Below, piece by piece: positions 52,998-64,000 of a DNA stretch of 64,000 nt (its first letter is position 1; every line of letters starts with the position of its first letter). The position numbers and the translations under genes are program-made. The DNA lies in assembly GCF_001194135.2 (NCBI RefSeq), contig NC_068981.1, forward strand, positions 159,859,939 to 159,923,938, read 5' to 3'. Origin of the DNA: Octopus bimaculoides (lineage: Eukaryota). The notes beneath the pieces are model-generated. The model saw only the letters and a program-made list of their open reading frames with translations, did no database searches and was not told where the DNA came from.

Positions 52998-53593
52998 CTG
53001 AAAATAGATTTTAAAAAAGTACATCAGTTCAGACACGCTTTATAAAGTCTCTGAAAATAGAATTTTAAAAAATACATCAATATCTTTGATCTGCAAATTG
53101 TATTCATTGTCAAAGCATTTGTTGCCATCTACACAGGTAGCATTATTTAATATAATTCTATCAAGGAAAGTTTCTGTTCTATTGTATTTTTTAATTTAGG
53201 ATGATAGAAATAACTGAAACTGTTGAGAACCTGTTTAGAAGGTTCTTGCTATTTAAATTCACAGCATAGTTATTCTGAATTCAAATTCTGCCAGCATTTT
53301 CTTAAATACTTCTTTCATTCTTCTAAAAATTGGTGCAATAAATACTAGCATTACACTGAAATTTTTCTTGCAATTGATAATTCTAAGTCTTTCAAGTAAT
53401 ACTTATGGTATGCAAATTAGTAATTTCAGTTCTCTGAAGCTACTGGATTTGTTGAGTATATAGACAGACTAGTTGCTTATTTCCTCAACATTGGTCAAAT
53501 GATATAGACACCTCAGATGAGAACCTAATTGTGGTTTAAAAATTGACTAAGATTGTTTGTAATTGTGTTATTTTTTTTATCTACAGAGAAATA

Positions 53594-54055
53594 CAGGTTG
53601 TCATCGACTTACTACCTATCTGATTTACAGCCAATCAACTTTACAACAATTGGCATGTCAGTTCCCAGCAGCAACAATAAATAGTCCAGTTGAAATCTAA
53701 TGGGTTTAATTTCTTAGAAATTAACCTGTTTACAAATTATGCCAGTTAACAAATGCTTCCCCTAGGTTTAGTTATCGATCACCACTTTGTTCGATGATTA
53801 ACTATCCTGTCGTGGAGACATTGCAGCAACCTTGTATTTGTTTATAAGACGACTGCTTGAGACTCTGATATTTTTGATTAATGCCAGTATACTAGTATAA
53901 TACAGAATGCTGTGTGTGACTTTTACCTGAGAATGTACCTCAAAAATGTAAAAAAATAAAACAAAGCTATGTAGGCCTATAGGCCGACTTACAACCAAAT
54001 CGAATTACGACCAGTCAGTTGGAACCAATTGTGGTCATAAGTCGACGATGACCTG
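53594..54055. mobile_element. Tigger/pogo-type MITE (462 bp)
   Basis: TA|caggttgtcatcgactta ... taagtcgacgatgacctg|TA; imperfect ~18-bp TIRs; non-coding. Confidence 0.8.
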
Positions 54056-54230
54056 TAGTTAAAATTGTTATGCTTGTGTGTCTGCTACATACATTTACAT
54101 ACATACATTTAGGAATATTTGTAGGTATATGTATGCTTAAATATAGATGCATGTATATACATTGTATATGTTGGAGCATCTATATTTGTATATGTCTATG
54201 TGAGCATATATATGTTTCTGTAGGTATGTA

Positions 54231-55191
54231 CAATAATGCCTTGACATACGAGTTAATATGTTCTTAGAGACTGCTTGTAAAGTGAAAACTCATAAAGAAG
54301 GGCAATAATTTCCCATAATAGCAATGTTATAAACCGTAATTCATTCCTAGAAAGATATTTTACCTATAAAATTATAATACTAATAAATAAATGGCAATAA
54401 AACTATGGTAGAATGAAAAGAATATTTTATGTAAAGCAAAAAGAATGTCAAGATCATTTATAATAAAAAATATTATTATTATGGTTTTCTGAATCAATTT
54501 CACTTGCACTAGACTTGCACACACCATCACTTGCAGACGCGATCACTAATTCACAAGCACTCAGAGACGGATTTGCAGATTTCTTTTTCAAAAACAATTC
54601 TAGAGTTGTTTGCTTAGAAGAAGTTTTTTTGCTCTCTATAAATTTCTCAGTAACAAGCAGAATCATTTGTTATGGTAGTAGAAACTTTTGCACTTCATTC
54701 AAAATTTGGATCTTAGCTGTTTAACCTTTTTTATATTCTGCCACTTAGGTGTGCTACTTGCTTTACTGCTTAGTATATGTTACTACTCTATCTTTTCCTG
54801 AGATTTTATAACTAGCTATTTTGTTTGCTGCAGATCAGTGACTGATAGTCACTTTGTTTACAATATATCACTGGCAGAGGCAGATCTTGGCTATCATTCC
54901 AATGCATAGGTGCACACAGCTGACATGAGCCACCCAGCTTGAAACTGGCCAGTCCCATGATCCTGTCAGCTACTGGAGGGTAGTAGGGGTTCACTCCCCC
55001 TGCAAGTGATGTATTGTATATAAGGGGGAAGAGAAAGCACTGAAAACCAGCTGGTGGAGAATCCACCTGGGGTTAAACTAGTAGTTACATTCATCTGCCA
55101 CTTAGATGAGGCTACTTGCTTTACTGCTTTTTATATCTATCATAAAATAAAACTCATAAACCTGAGGTCTCGTAAAGTGAGGTATTAATTG
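54231..55191 (-). mobile_element. Internally deleted Tigger/pogo-like element with nested insertion
   Basis: TA|caataatgccttgacatacgag ... ctcgtaaagtgaggtattaattg|TA; minus-strand residue KKTSSKQTTLELFLKK resembles Tigger transposase C-termini. Confidence 0.6.
54778..55089. mobile_element. 312-bp TG...CA element (solo-LTR-like) nested in the Tigger remnant
   Basis: Ends tgttactact / agtagttaca (9 of 10 inverted match); higher GC than flanks; TATATAA at ~55017; bracketed by ~35-bp direct repeats at 54738-54771 and 55095-55129. Confidence 0.45.
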
Positions 55192-55416
55192 TATAGAGGT
55201 ATATACATGTGTGTGTGTGTGTGTATACGATGAGTGTATGTTTGTGTGTACATGGATGTATATGTGTATGCATGATAAATAGATGAGGAAACAATATATA
55301 TTGGTCATTAGTTTTTACAGATGTCTGTCTACTTCCCACAAGCTTTAGTGAGCATTGAAGAAAAAAAAATTGATAAAAAGACCTGATAAACCATTAATCA
55401 GAAAGCCGTCTGTTAC

Positions 55417-55423
55417 CATGCAT
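55417..55423 (-). CDS. Candidate first coding micro-segment ATG CAT G (M-H-E when spliced to 52997)
   Basis: Minus strand reads gcgagcgATGCATG|gtaaca in a small CpG-containing unique island; phase 1 matches the 52997 acceptor. Donor is only moderate and there is no transcript evidence. Confidence 0.3.
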
Positions 55424-56007
55424 CGCTCGCCTACAATCAAATATAAACTACTTCCCTGAGTTTATTTACGTTATGTAATAGTCCCATCTTATTAATAAAA
55501 CTTACATAAGACATAACTAAATAACTAATAAACAGTATCTCATGATTTGCTTTATTATATATCATCTTCAACTTGCTGACATGGGTGGGATGGTTTGGCA
55601 GGTGCTAGTGAGTCAGAGATCTGTACCAAACTCTGCTGTTTGCTCTGGTATGGTTTCTACAGCCGGATGTTCTTCCTAATGCCAACCACTTCAAACAGTT
55701 GCTTTTTATGTGGCACCAGCAGCAGTGAGGTTACCAAATAACTCACAAGACAAGACTGAAGGAGGAGTAGTATTGAGTGGGGTGGCTCTATGCCAAGTGA
55801 TGAGAGATTAGATTATGGTAGAGGATTTGAAACAGCTGTCTTGTAGTAAAGGAGAATAAATGGCTAACCCAGTTGAAAGAGGAGAGGAGAGAGGAGAGGG
55901 TGACACCTTGGGCAAGTGTCTTCTACTATAGCCTCAGGCTGACCAAAGCCTTGTGAGTGGACTTTGTAGAGGGAAACTGAAAGAAGCCCGTTGTATATAT
56001 ATATATA

Positions 56008-56905
56008 CAGGGTGCGATGGGTAAGTTGTCACTATTCCATATTTTAAATTTTGTGCAAGTGCATTGTTTGTTTTTGATTTTGTTGACTACATAGTACAGT
56101 AGGGTCAGTTGGGCACTGTCTGTGAGAAAAACAGCACCATGATGCAATTCACTCCGCCAGAAATTTGGCATCAACATGCTGTACTGCTTGGCATTCATGC
56201 TGGAAACTCCAATATGAACATTTCAGAGTGTTTGGGTGTCAATCTGAGGACAGGGCAATCTGAGGATATGTACGGAGAGTGATAAAAATCAAACATCCAG
56301 TCAACATCATGGTGTTTGGATGGATCACTAGTGATGGCAACATCTTAGTGATGCCTCCATTCATCTTCCCACATGGCCTCAGACTCAACACAGAGGCTTA
56401 CATCAAATGTCTGGAGGAGGTAGTGCTGCTCTAAGTCAAGAGGGTTGCTACTGGAAGACCCTATGTCTGGCAACAGGACTCTGCACCATGTCACACAAGC
56501 AGGAGAACCCAGTCATTGCTGTTAGACAATTTCTGTGACCACATCACCCCTAACATCCAGCCACCTAACTCCCCAGACTGCAACTCCCTTGATTATTATG
56601 TGTGGAGCGCAGTTGAGTAAGAGACCAACAAAACTCCATGTAACACCAAAAATGAACTGAAGGCAAGGATTATGGCAGCATTCACCAACTTAAACAAGGA
56701 GTCCATCCAGAAGAGTTGCAGGAGATTCTGAAGTCATCTGGAGGCCATGGTTGAAACCAATGGCGATTTTATTGAATAAATTTACTCTTTAGTATTTCAA
56801 GATATTTTTATGTAATTTTGATAAATATATCTGTTAAAATGAGACGTCAGTGTCATTTTCATTTTTGCATAATTTAAATGACAGTTTATTCACCAAAGCG
56901 CCCAG
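56008..56905 (+). mobile_element. Internally deleted maT/DD37D transposon
   Basis: WQQDSAPCHTS...SPDCNSLDYY with exactly 37 residues between the second and third Asp; stop at 56776-56778; TA flanks; degenerate TIRs. Confidence 0.85.
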
Positions 56906-57845
56906 TACACACTGTGAAGTGGTTAATGTTATGAAGGAAACCATGCTCTAGAAATTATGCCAAAGCTGATATTGGAGCTCCGTGCAGTCCCACAGATGGT
57001 TGGATCTTATCAATCTATTCAAAAACAGGCCAGCATGAAAAACAAATGTTAAATGATAATGCTGCTGCTGCCGCTGCTGCTGCTGCTGATGATGTATGTG
57101 TGTCTATGTGTGCACATACATGTGTATAGTCAATCTCTTTTTCCTTTTTTTTTTTTGCATTAATTTCGTTCTAACACTATTTGCCACCTTCATAACTCAA
57201 TTAGCTTGTAGCACCTGAAATCTCTCTTTTCCAGTTAATTCACCTCTCTTATCTTTCTAATAATGGGCAATGTTATATTAATCATTAGAAATAAATGTTT
57301 TGCGCAATGTGATAAGCTAAGCAAGTGCCTGTCCTGATGCTTTCAACATTCCATGAATAATTCCTGAAGATGAAGCAGTTGTTGTCACCTTCATGACCTT
57401 AATTGCTTTACCCATTTGATATATACTGAAGTTGTGCCTGGTGTACATGAAAGGCCTGGCTGATTTGTTCTGAATATTTTCCTGCTGATTCTACTAAGGT
57501 AATTTCTTCCTATCACATTCACATACTTTGTTTAACAACCACTCACAGTAATGCCTTCATGTCTTTCTCTTTTCATTTTTATATATTTTGTCAGACACAA
57601 CCATTCCAAATGTCATTGTAATGCATTCTTATAAAATACTTCCTGATTCTAAGTACTTCATTTTTCCAATCTCACTCAACTTGAACATTGTAGGAAATCA
57701 TGGAAATCTTGGGAAAATTTCTACTCTCCACTTCTCTTCAATTTTAAATCGATTTTTTTATTCAACAAAAACTGAAAGGAGACCATCATATCTATCTATC
57801 TGTCTGTCTGTCTGTCTATCTATCAATCCATCCATCCATCCATCC

Positions 57846-57885
<40 letters not shown>

Positions 57886-57906
57886 GTCTGTCTGTCTGTC
57901 TGTCTA

Positions 57907-57941
<35 letters not shown>

Positions 57942-59620
57942 TTGTGTTTGTGTTTGTCCTCCATTCCCACAATTTGATGGCCAGGGTTAGTTTGTTTATG
58001 TCCCTGTAACTTAGCAGTTGGCAAAAAAGACCATTAGAATAAGTACTGGGGTAGATTCATTTGACTAAAAATTCTTCAAGACAGAGCTCCAGCATGGCCA
58101 CAGTCAAATGACTGAAGCAAGTAAAAGATAAGAGATAAAAGATATGATTCAGAATTAGCCCTTTTTTTTTACTCTTCTTATTCTTGATTTTTAAGTCTAA
58201 AAAAAACCAAAGGTTCTTTGAGAATGTTACACGTCCAATCATATATCTTCCTTATATGAAGGGGTTCTGAAAAGTTCTTGGCTTTAAGGGTATTGCAAAA
58301 GGCCTGGTTAGAGGCCCAACCTTTCAAGTTCTTTTACAAGACTTAGAAAAATTGTATTCTGGTTTCAGTTAGCATACCACAATTTATCATTGATTTTGTT
58401 AATCATCTCTCTCTCTCTCTCTCTCTTCCTCTCCTCCCCCTCTCTCTTTGTTTTTCATACATGCACATCTCACAAGTATTTCAAGTGACTGATTGATGAT
58501 ATAATTTTCTGTAGATTTAAACATTTTTCACTTTCATAGTGTGTACTCAACAGAAGACACTGATCAAATATCTTGCCATAGCATGGTAAGTTTTTGCACT
58601 AACACTATATAGGTTTCAGCACAATGGCACAGAACTATATATCAGTCTGAGTAAAAAGTAAGCAACATTTTGAAACATGAAATTTATCACAATATATTTC
58701 AACAATGCGGAAATTTTACTCATCAAAGTCAGTACCATTACAGCTTATTCTTTGCCACTGCTACTCACCAGCTAGCAATAGAAATAACAGATAAGTTTTC
58801 ATTCCTGTTTCTCAGATGTAAAAATGATTATTTCAAGTTTTTGCACAAGGCCAGTAGTTTTAAGGTAAGAGATTCCAGTACTCACCAGATATTTTATTTT
58901 ATCAACCCAGGAGGGATGAAAGGCAATGTTGACCCTCGTGGAATTTGAACTCAGAATATAATAATTTTGAAGAAATACTACTAGATATTTTGTCTGAAAA
59001 TTTAACAATTCAGTCAGCTTACTACCTGAGATGTAAAAATACTAACAAAAATCTATCAAATATGATAAATGAAAGAATTTTAAACTTTTGAATATAAAAT
59101 TTTCCAACCATCTTTCTTAGCGGGAATTTGAAAAGCCTCTTCAGAACAGACATTTTACAATATTTGATGTAAATAGATAAAGTCATTAATGATTCTGAAA
59201 GTTGAATAAACAGTAGGAAAGTTATCTATGAGACTCTATTTTTGCAATGGTGCTGCAGTCAACAACCTCATGTTATGTAAATGGTACATTATTATTATAA
59301 TTAGCACTGTTGTTGTTAATGGAGTTAATTATTACATAGTTACAAGTATTATGTCATTTAATTGTATTTTTTCTGGAAATATCCAAACCATTTAAAGCAA
59401 GGTGTGGTAATATGACAGCATGAGAACTAACAGTAAAATTGAAATTATATTATTACTAATAGGGTTTTAAATAATTTACTTGCTCTTTATCTTGTATGCA
59501 TTCAGTTTGAGGCCCAGCAAATTAACATATTTTCTGTTGGTTTGTATGTGCATGTTTGTGCAAGTAAATGTAAATATATACATGGTTTTGTTGAGGATAT
59601 ATATACATACATACATACAT

Positions 59621-61226
59621 GCCTACTATTTATCATAGTCCTCCAGGTTATAACAGAGGAATTCAAGACAGGATGCCCCTGGGAGCTCCTCTATGCTGAT
59701 GGCCTTGCACTAATTGCTGAGTCACTGTCAGAACTAGAGGAGAAGTTTCAGGTGTGGAAGCAAGGACTAGAATCGAAAGGCCTTAGAGTCAACCTAGCTA
59801 AAACCAAAGTCCTAATAAGTAGGAAGGTAGAAAAAACACAAACCCCTTCAGGTAGATGGCCCTGCTCGATCTGTAGAAAAGGCATAGGTAGAAACTCTAT
59901 AAGATGCACCAAGTGCAAGCTATGGACACATAAGAGGTGCAGCAATATCAAAGGAAGGTTAACTAGGAAGTTAGTTTTTGTATGTAGCAGATGTTCAGGA
60001 GTTATAAACACTGTAAATGTGAAGAAAACAACTTCTGCCACATTCCAGGGAGAAAAACTAGATGTAGTTGACAGCTTCCACTATCTAGGTGACCAAGTTA
60101 GTAGTGGGGGAGGGTGCACTGAAAGTGTAGCTGCTAGAATAAGAATAGCCTGGGCAAAGTTCAGAGAGCCCTTACCTATGCTGGTGACAAAGGGTCTCTC
60201 TCTCAGAATAAAAGGCAGACTTTATGACGCATGTGTACGAACAGCCATGCTTCATGGCAGTGAAACATGGGCCGTGACTGCTGAAGACATGCGTAGGCTC
60301 ACAAGGAATGAAGACAGTATGCTCCGATGGATGTGTAATGTCAGTGTGCATACTAGACAAAGTGTAAGTACCTTGAGAGAAAAGTTGAACCTAAGAAGCA
60401 TCAGTTGTGGTGTGCAAGAGAGATGATTACGCTGGTATGGTCTTGTGGTGAGAATGGACGAGGATAGTTGTGTGAAAAAGTGCCACACCCTAGCAGTTGA
60501 GGGAACCTGTGGAAGAGGTAGGCCCAGGAAGACCTGGAATGAGGTGGTGAGGCACGAGCTTTGAACATTGGACCTCACTGAGGCGATGACTTCTGACCGA
60601 GACCTTTGGAAATATGCTGTGTATGAGAAAACCCAGCAAGCCAAGTGAGACCGAAATCCAAGGCCTCTGCCAGGGATGTAGCCAGCCCACCTATGCGTAC
60701 CTTTCCTTCATTGGACACTAAACTCCACTTGCGAAGACCTGTTGAAGCAAGTGAAATTGAAATCGAACTAAATTCGACGACTGGCACCCATGCTAACGTC
60801 ATCTCCTTCATTGGGACATGAAACTCGGCTTGCAAAGACCTGTTGAGGAAAGTGAAAGCGAAATCGTGATGGCACCTGTGCCCAGCGTCGCCTTCCTAGC
60901 ACTTGTGCCGGTGGCACGTGTAAAGACATTCGAGCGAGATCGTTGCCAGTGCTGCTGGACTGGCTCCTGTGCAGGTGGCACGTAAAATACACCATTTTGA
61001 GCGTAGCCGTTGAATCTACCGCCTGACTGGCCTTTGTGCCGGTGGCACGTAAAAGCATCCACTACACTCTTGGAGTGGTTGGCGTTAGGAAGGGCATCCA
61101 ACTGTAGAAACTCTGCCAAATCAGATTGGAGCCTGGTGTAGCCATCTGGTTCACCAGTCCTCAGTCAAATCGTCCAACCCATGCTAGCATGGAAAGCAGA
61201 CATTAAACGATGATGATGATGATGAT
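59621..61226 (+). mobile_element. 5'-truncated RTE-clade LINE (RT C-terminal half, 3' UTR, (GAT)n tail)
   Basis: ELLYADGLAL (YADD mutated), KTKVL, YLG, AMLHGSETW, GRPRKTW; premature TGA at 60424-60426 and another downstream; natural stop ~60648; tail runs into a gap. Confidence 0.9.
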
Positions 61227-61933
61227 NNNNNNNNNNNNNNNNNNNNNNNNNNNNNNNNNNNNNNNNNNNNNNNNNNNNNNNNNNNNNNNNNNNNNNNNNN
61301 NNNNNNNNNNNNNNNNNNNNNNNNNNNNNNNNNNNNNNNNNNNNNNNNNNNNNNNNNNNNNNNNNNNNNNNNNNNNNNNNNNNNNNNNNNNNNNNNNNNN
61401 NNNNNNNNNNNNNNNNNNNNNNNNNNNNNNNNNNNNNNNNNNNNNNNNNNNNNNNNNNNNNNNNNNNNNNNNNNNNNNNNNNNNNNNNNNNNNNNNNNNN
61501 NNNNNNNNNNNNNNNNNNNNNNNNNNNNNNNNNNNNNNNNNNNNNNNNNNNNNNNNNNNNNNNNNNNNNNNNNNNNNNNNNNNNNNNNNNNNNNNNNNNN
61601 NNNNNNNNNNNNNNNNNNNNNNNNNNNNNNNNNNNNNNNNNNNNNNNNNNNNNNNNNNNNNNNNNNNNNNNNNNNNNNNNNNNNNNNNNNNNNNNNNNNN
61701 NNNNNNNNNNNNNNNNNNNNNNNNNNNNNNNNNNNNNNNNNNNNNNNNNNNNNNNNNNNNNNNNNNNNNNNNNNNNNNNNNNNNNNNNNNNNNNNNNNNN
61801 NNNNNNNNNNNNNNNNNNNNNNNNNNNNNNNNNNNNNNNNNNNNNNNNNNNNNNNNNNNNNNNNNNNNNNNNNNNNNNNNNNNNNNNNNNNNNNNNNNNN
61901 NNNNNNNNNNNNNNNNNNNNNNNNNNNNNNNNN
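61227..61933. other. Assembly gap (others: 34350-34507, 40277-40415, 42934-43316, 51478-51904)
   Basis: Runs of N. Confidence 1.
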
Positions 61934-62984
61934 NTATATATGTATGTATGTATGTATACATACATGTTATCTGGAGATATATATATATAATTCTCTATCC
62001 AAAGAGGAGAATTACATATTAAGTACTTATTAACTCCATGAAACAAGAACTATGTACCTATTTTTAAAAAGTTTTGAGGGTTTCAGCTGTATTGATGCAC
62101 ACACACATATACATTCATGTATAAGTGATCCTAATTATCATCATATTATTATTACTGGGCTCTGAAGGTCTGAATAGATTTAAATTAAAATACCTTGCCC
62201 ATGCTAGTGCCACGTAAAAAGCACTGAGTTCACTCTGCAGAGTGGTTTGTGTTAGGAAGGGCATCCAGCCATAAAAACCCTGTCAAAGCAGACACAGTAG
62301 CCTAGAGTAGATTTCTACCTAGCCTGCTCCTGTCAACTGTCCTACCCATGCATGCATGGAAGACAAACGTTAAATGATGATGATGATGATACCAATCTGT
62401 AGATGTGGGTCTATTTTGTTTAATGTGAGATCCACTGCTCTCTATATCTAATGACAAAGTAAACAACTGGTCAGAAACATTTCTGCAATGCTGGCTAATG
62501 AACCCTGTTTTAACTTTACAATACTGTATCTATTTAGTTGTGTTGCTCTTTCTCTCAATAGTTATTTACAGTTAGGGAGACTAGGTTATTTGAGGCTTAA
62601 GTATCTTGGCTCTATGTAATGAATGGGTCTTCCTTGAACAACTTTTGCTTTAAATGTTTTCCCTATTCAAATCTTACTTCCACCACACAAATGCCATTTT
62701 AAAAAAAATCAGCAGATGTCATTAATTCTCATTATATATTCAAACCAATGTCACTATCCCTTTTTACCAGAATTTTATATAATTCATAACATGAATTTAA
62801 AATCCCTTTCTTAAATACCACAAATTCCATCAACTGTTCAAATGGAACAATATAAAAGTGAAAGGTTTCATCTGCGTTCTTAAAACTTTTAGTTTTTTCC
62901 ATTCCTTCTGGAAATTTTTAAAAATTGTGAATTACTGAGCAGATTGCATTATATATATAAATAAAGAATATTTTAAGTAATAAT

Positions 62985-63430
62985 CTTTTCTACTATATGC
63001 ACAAAGCCTGAAATTTGGGGATAGGGGGATAGCCGATTACGTTGACCCCAGTACTTGACTGGTATTTATTTCATTGACTGTGAAAAGATGAAAAGCAAAG
63101 TTGACCCTGGTAGAATTTGAACTCAGAATATAAAGATAGATGAAAGCTTGCTAAGCATCATGTCTGGTATGCTAATGAATCTGCCAGCTCACTACCTTAA
63201 TATGTCGAGTAATAATGGTTTCAAATTTGGCTCTCAAGGCCACCTGGTTCAGGAGAGGGGTTAAGTTGATTACATTAATCCCAGTGCTCAACTGGTGCTT
63301 ATTTTATTGACTATGAAAGGATGACAGGCAAAGCTACCCTCAGCAGAATTTGAACTCAGAATGCAAAGATGAATGAAAGCCTGCTAAGCATTTTGCCCAG
63401 CATACTAATGATTCTGTCAGCTCACTGCTT
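62985..63430 (-). repeat. Tandem pair of the same SINE family (62985-63198, 63217-63430); single copies at ~11776-11960, 31577-31752, 58833-59027
   Basis: Same A/B-box head and body as 21350-23102. Confidence 0.8.
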
Positions 63431-63912
63431 TATATGTTAATGTGTTAAGTAATAATGAAAAATATTTATTCAACTTCTGACTACTTACTTCTTTTAACTA
63501 TTTATCTATCTCTATATCCATCTGTATGTGTGTATGTGTGTGTAAACACACACACAGTGAAGTATCCATATACAAATGTTTCTCTAAATGATTGAATTGA
63601 ATAAATAAACAGTTTTACTGAAGAAAATTCAACTTACATTCTGAGCTAAAATTTGATCAATGAGCCATGAGCAGACTATGTACATGTATTAGGGAAGGGG
63701 AGCCCATTTGCTTCATGAGTTAGAATTTGAAGAACAAACCACAAGTAGGCTATGCACACATATAAGTAGCTAAGAGAGAACATACACAAATTGTGCATTA
63801 GAGTCCATATGTGCATTTCATGTAGCTTGCAAATTTTCATATATTACATAGAAAATATTTTGCTAAGAACATATTCATCAATCAATAGGAGCAAGTCGAA
63901 GAGAAAAACATG

Positions 63913-63947
<35 letters not shown>

Positions 63948-64000
63948 TTATGCATATATGTTTTTGTACATACTATTGACAAATGGACAAACGAAACATC

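Overview
AT-rich, microsatellite- and transposon-dense animal genomic DNA with five assembly gaps (34350-34507, 40277-40415, 42934-43316, 51478-51904, 61227-61933). The repeat content suggests an octopus genome; this is inference and no search was run. One host gene can be reconstructed by hand: a minus-strand SLC38A11-like amino acid transporter. Twelve GT-AG exons (52997 to 11367, 1412 nt) join in one continuous frame to about 469 aa ending in TAA; a tentative short first coding exon lies near 55417-55423. Most supplied ORFs are microsatellite or gap artefacts. Introns and flanks hold degenerate Tc1/mariner elements (DD36E-like, DD41D/rosa-like, DD37D/maT, Tigger-like, MITEs), a Helitron-like element, RTE and R4/Dong-like LINE fragments, a Penelope-like GIY-YIG fragment with inverted arms, and several tRNA-derived SINE families. 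The most interesting observations are: (1) a tRNA-headed SINE carrying split halves of a minimal hammerhead ribozyme in Penelope-like inverted architecture; (2) a repeated compact H-type pseudoknot with compensatory changes in RTE 3' UTRs; (3) a tandemly duplicated splice acceptor whose upstream copy introduces an immediate stop or uORF; (4) long intronic inverted repeats that would form dsRNA in the pre-mRNA.
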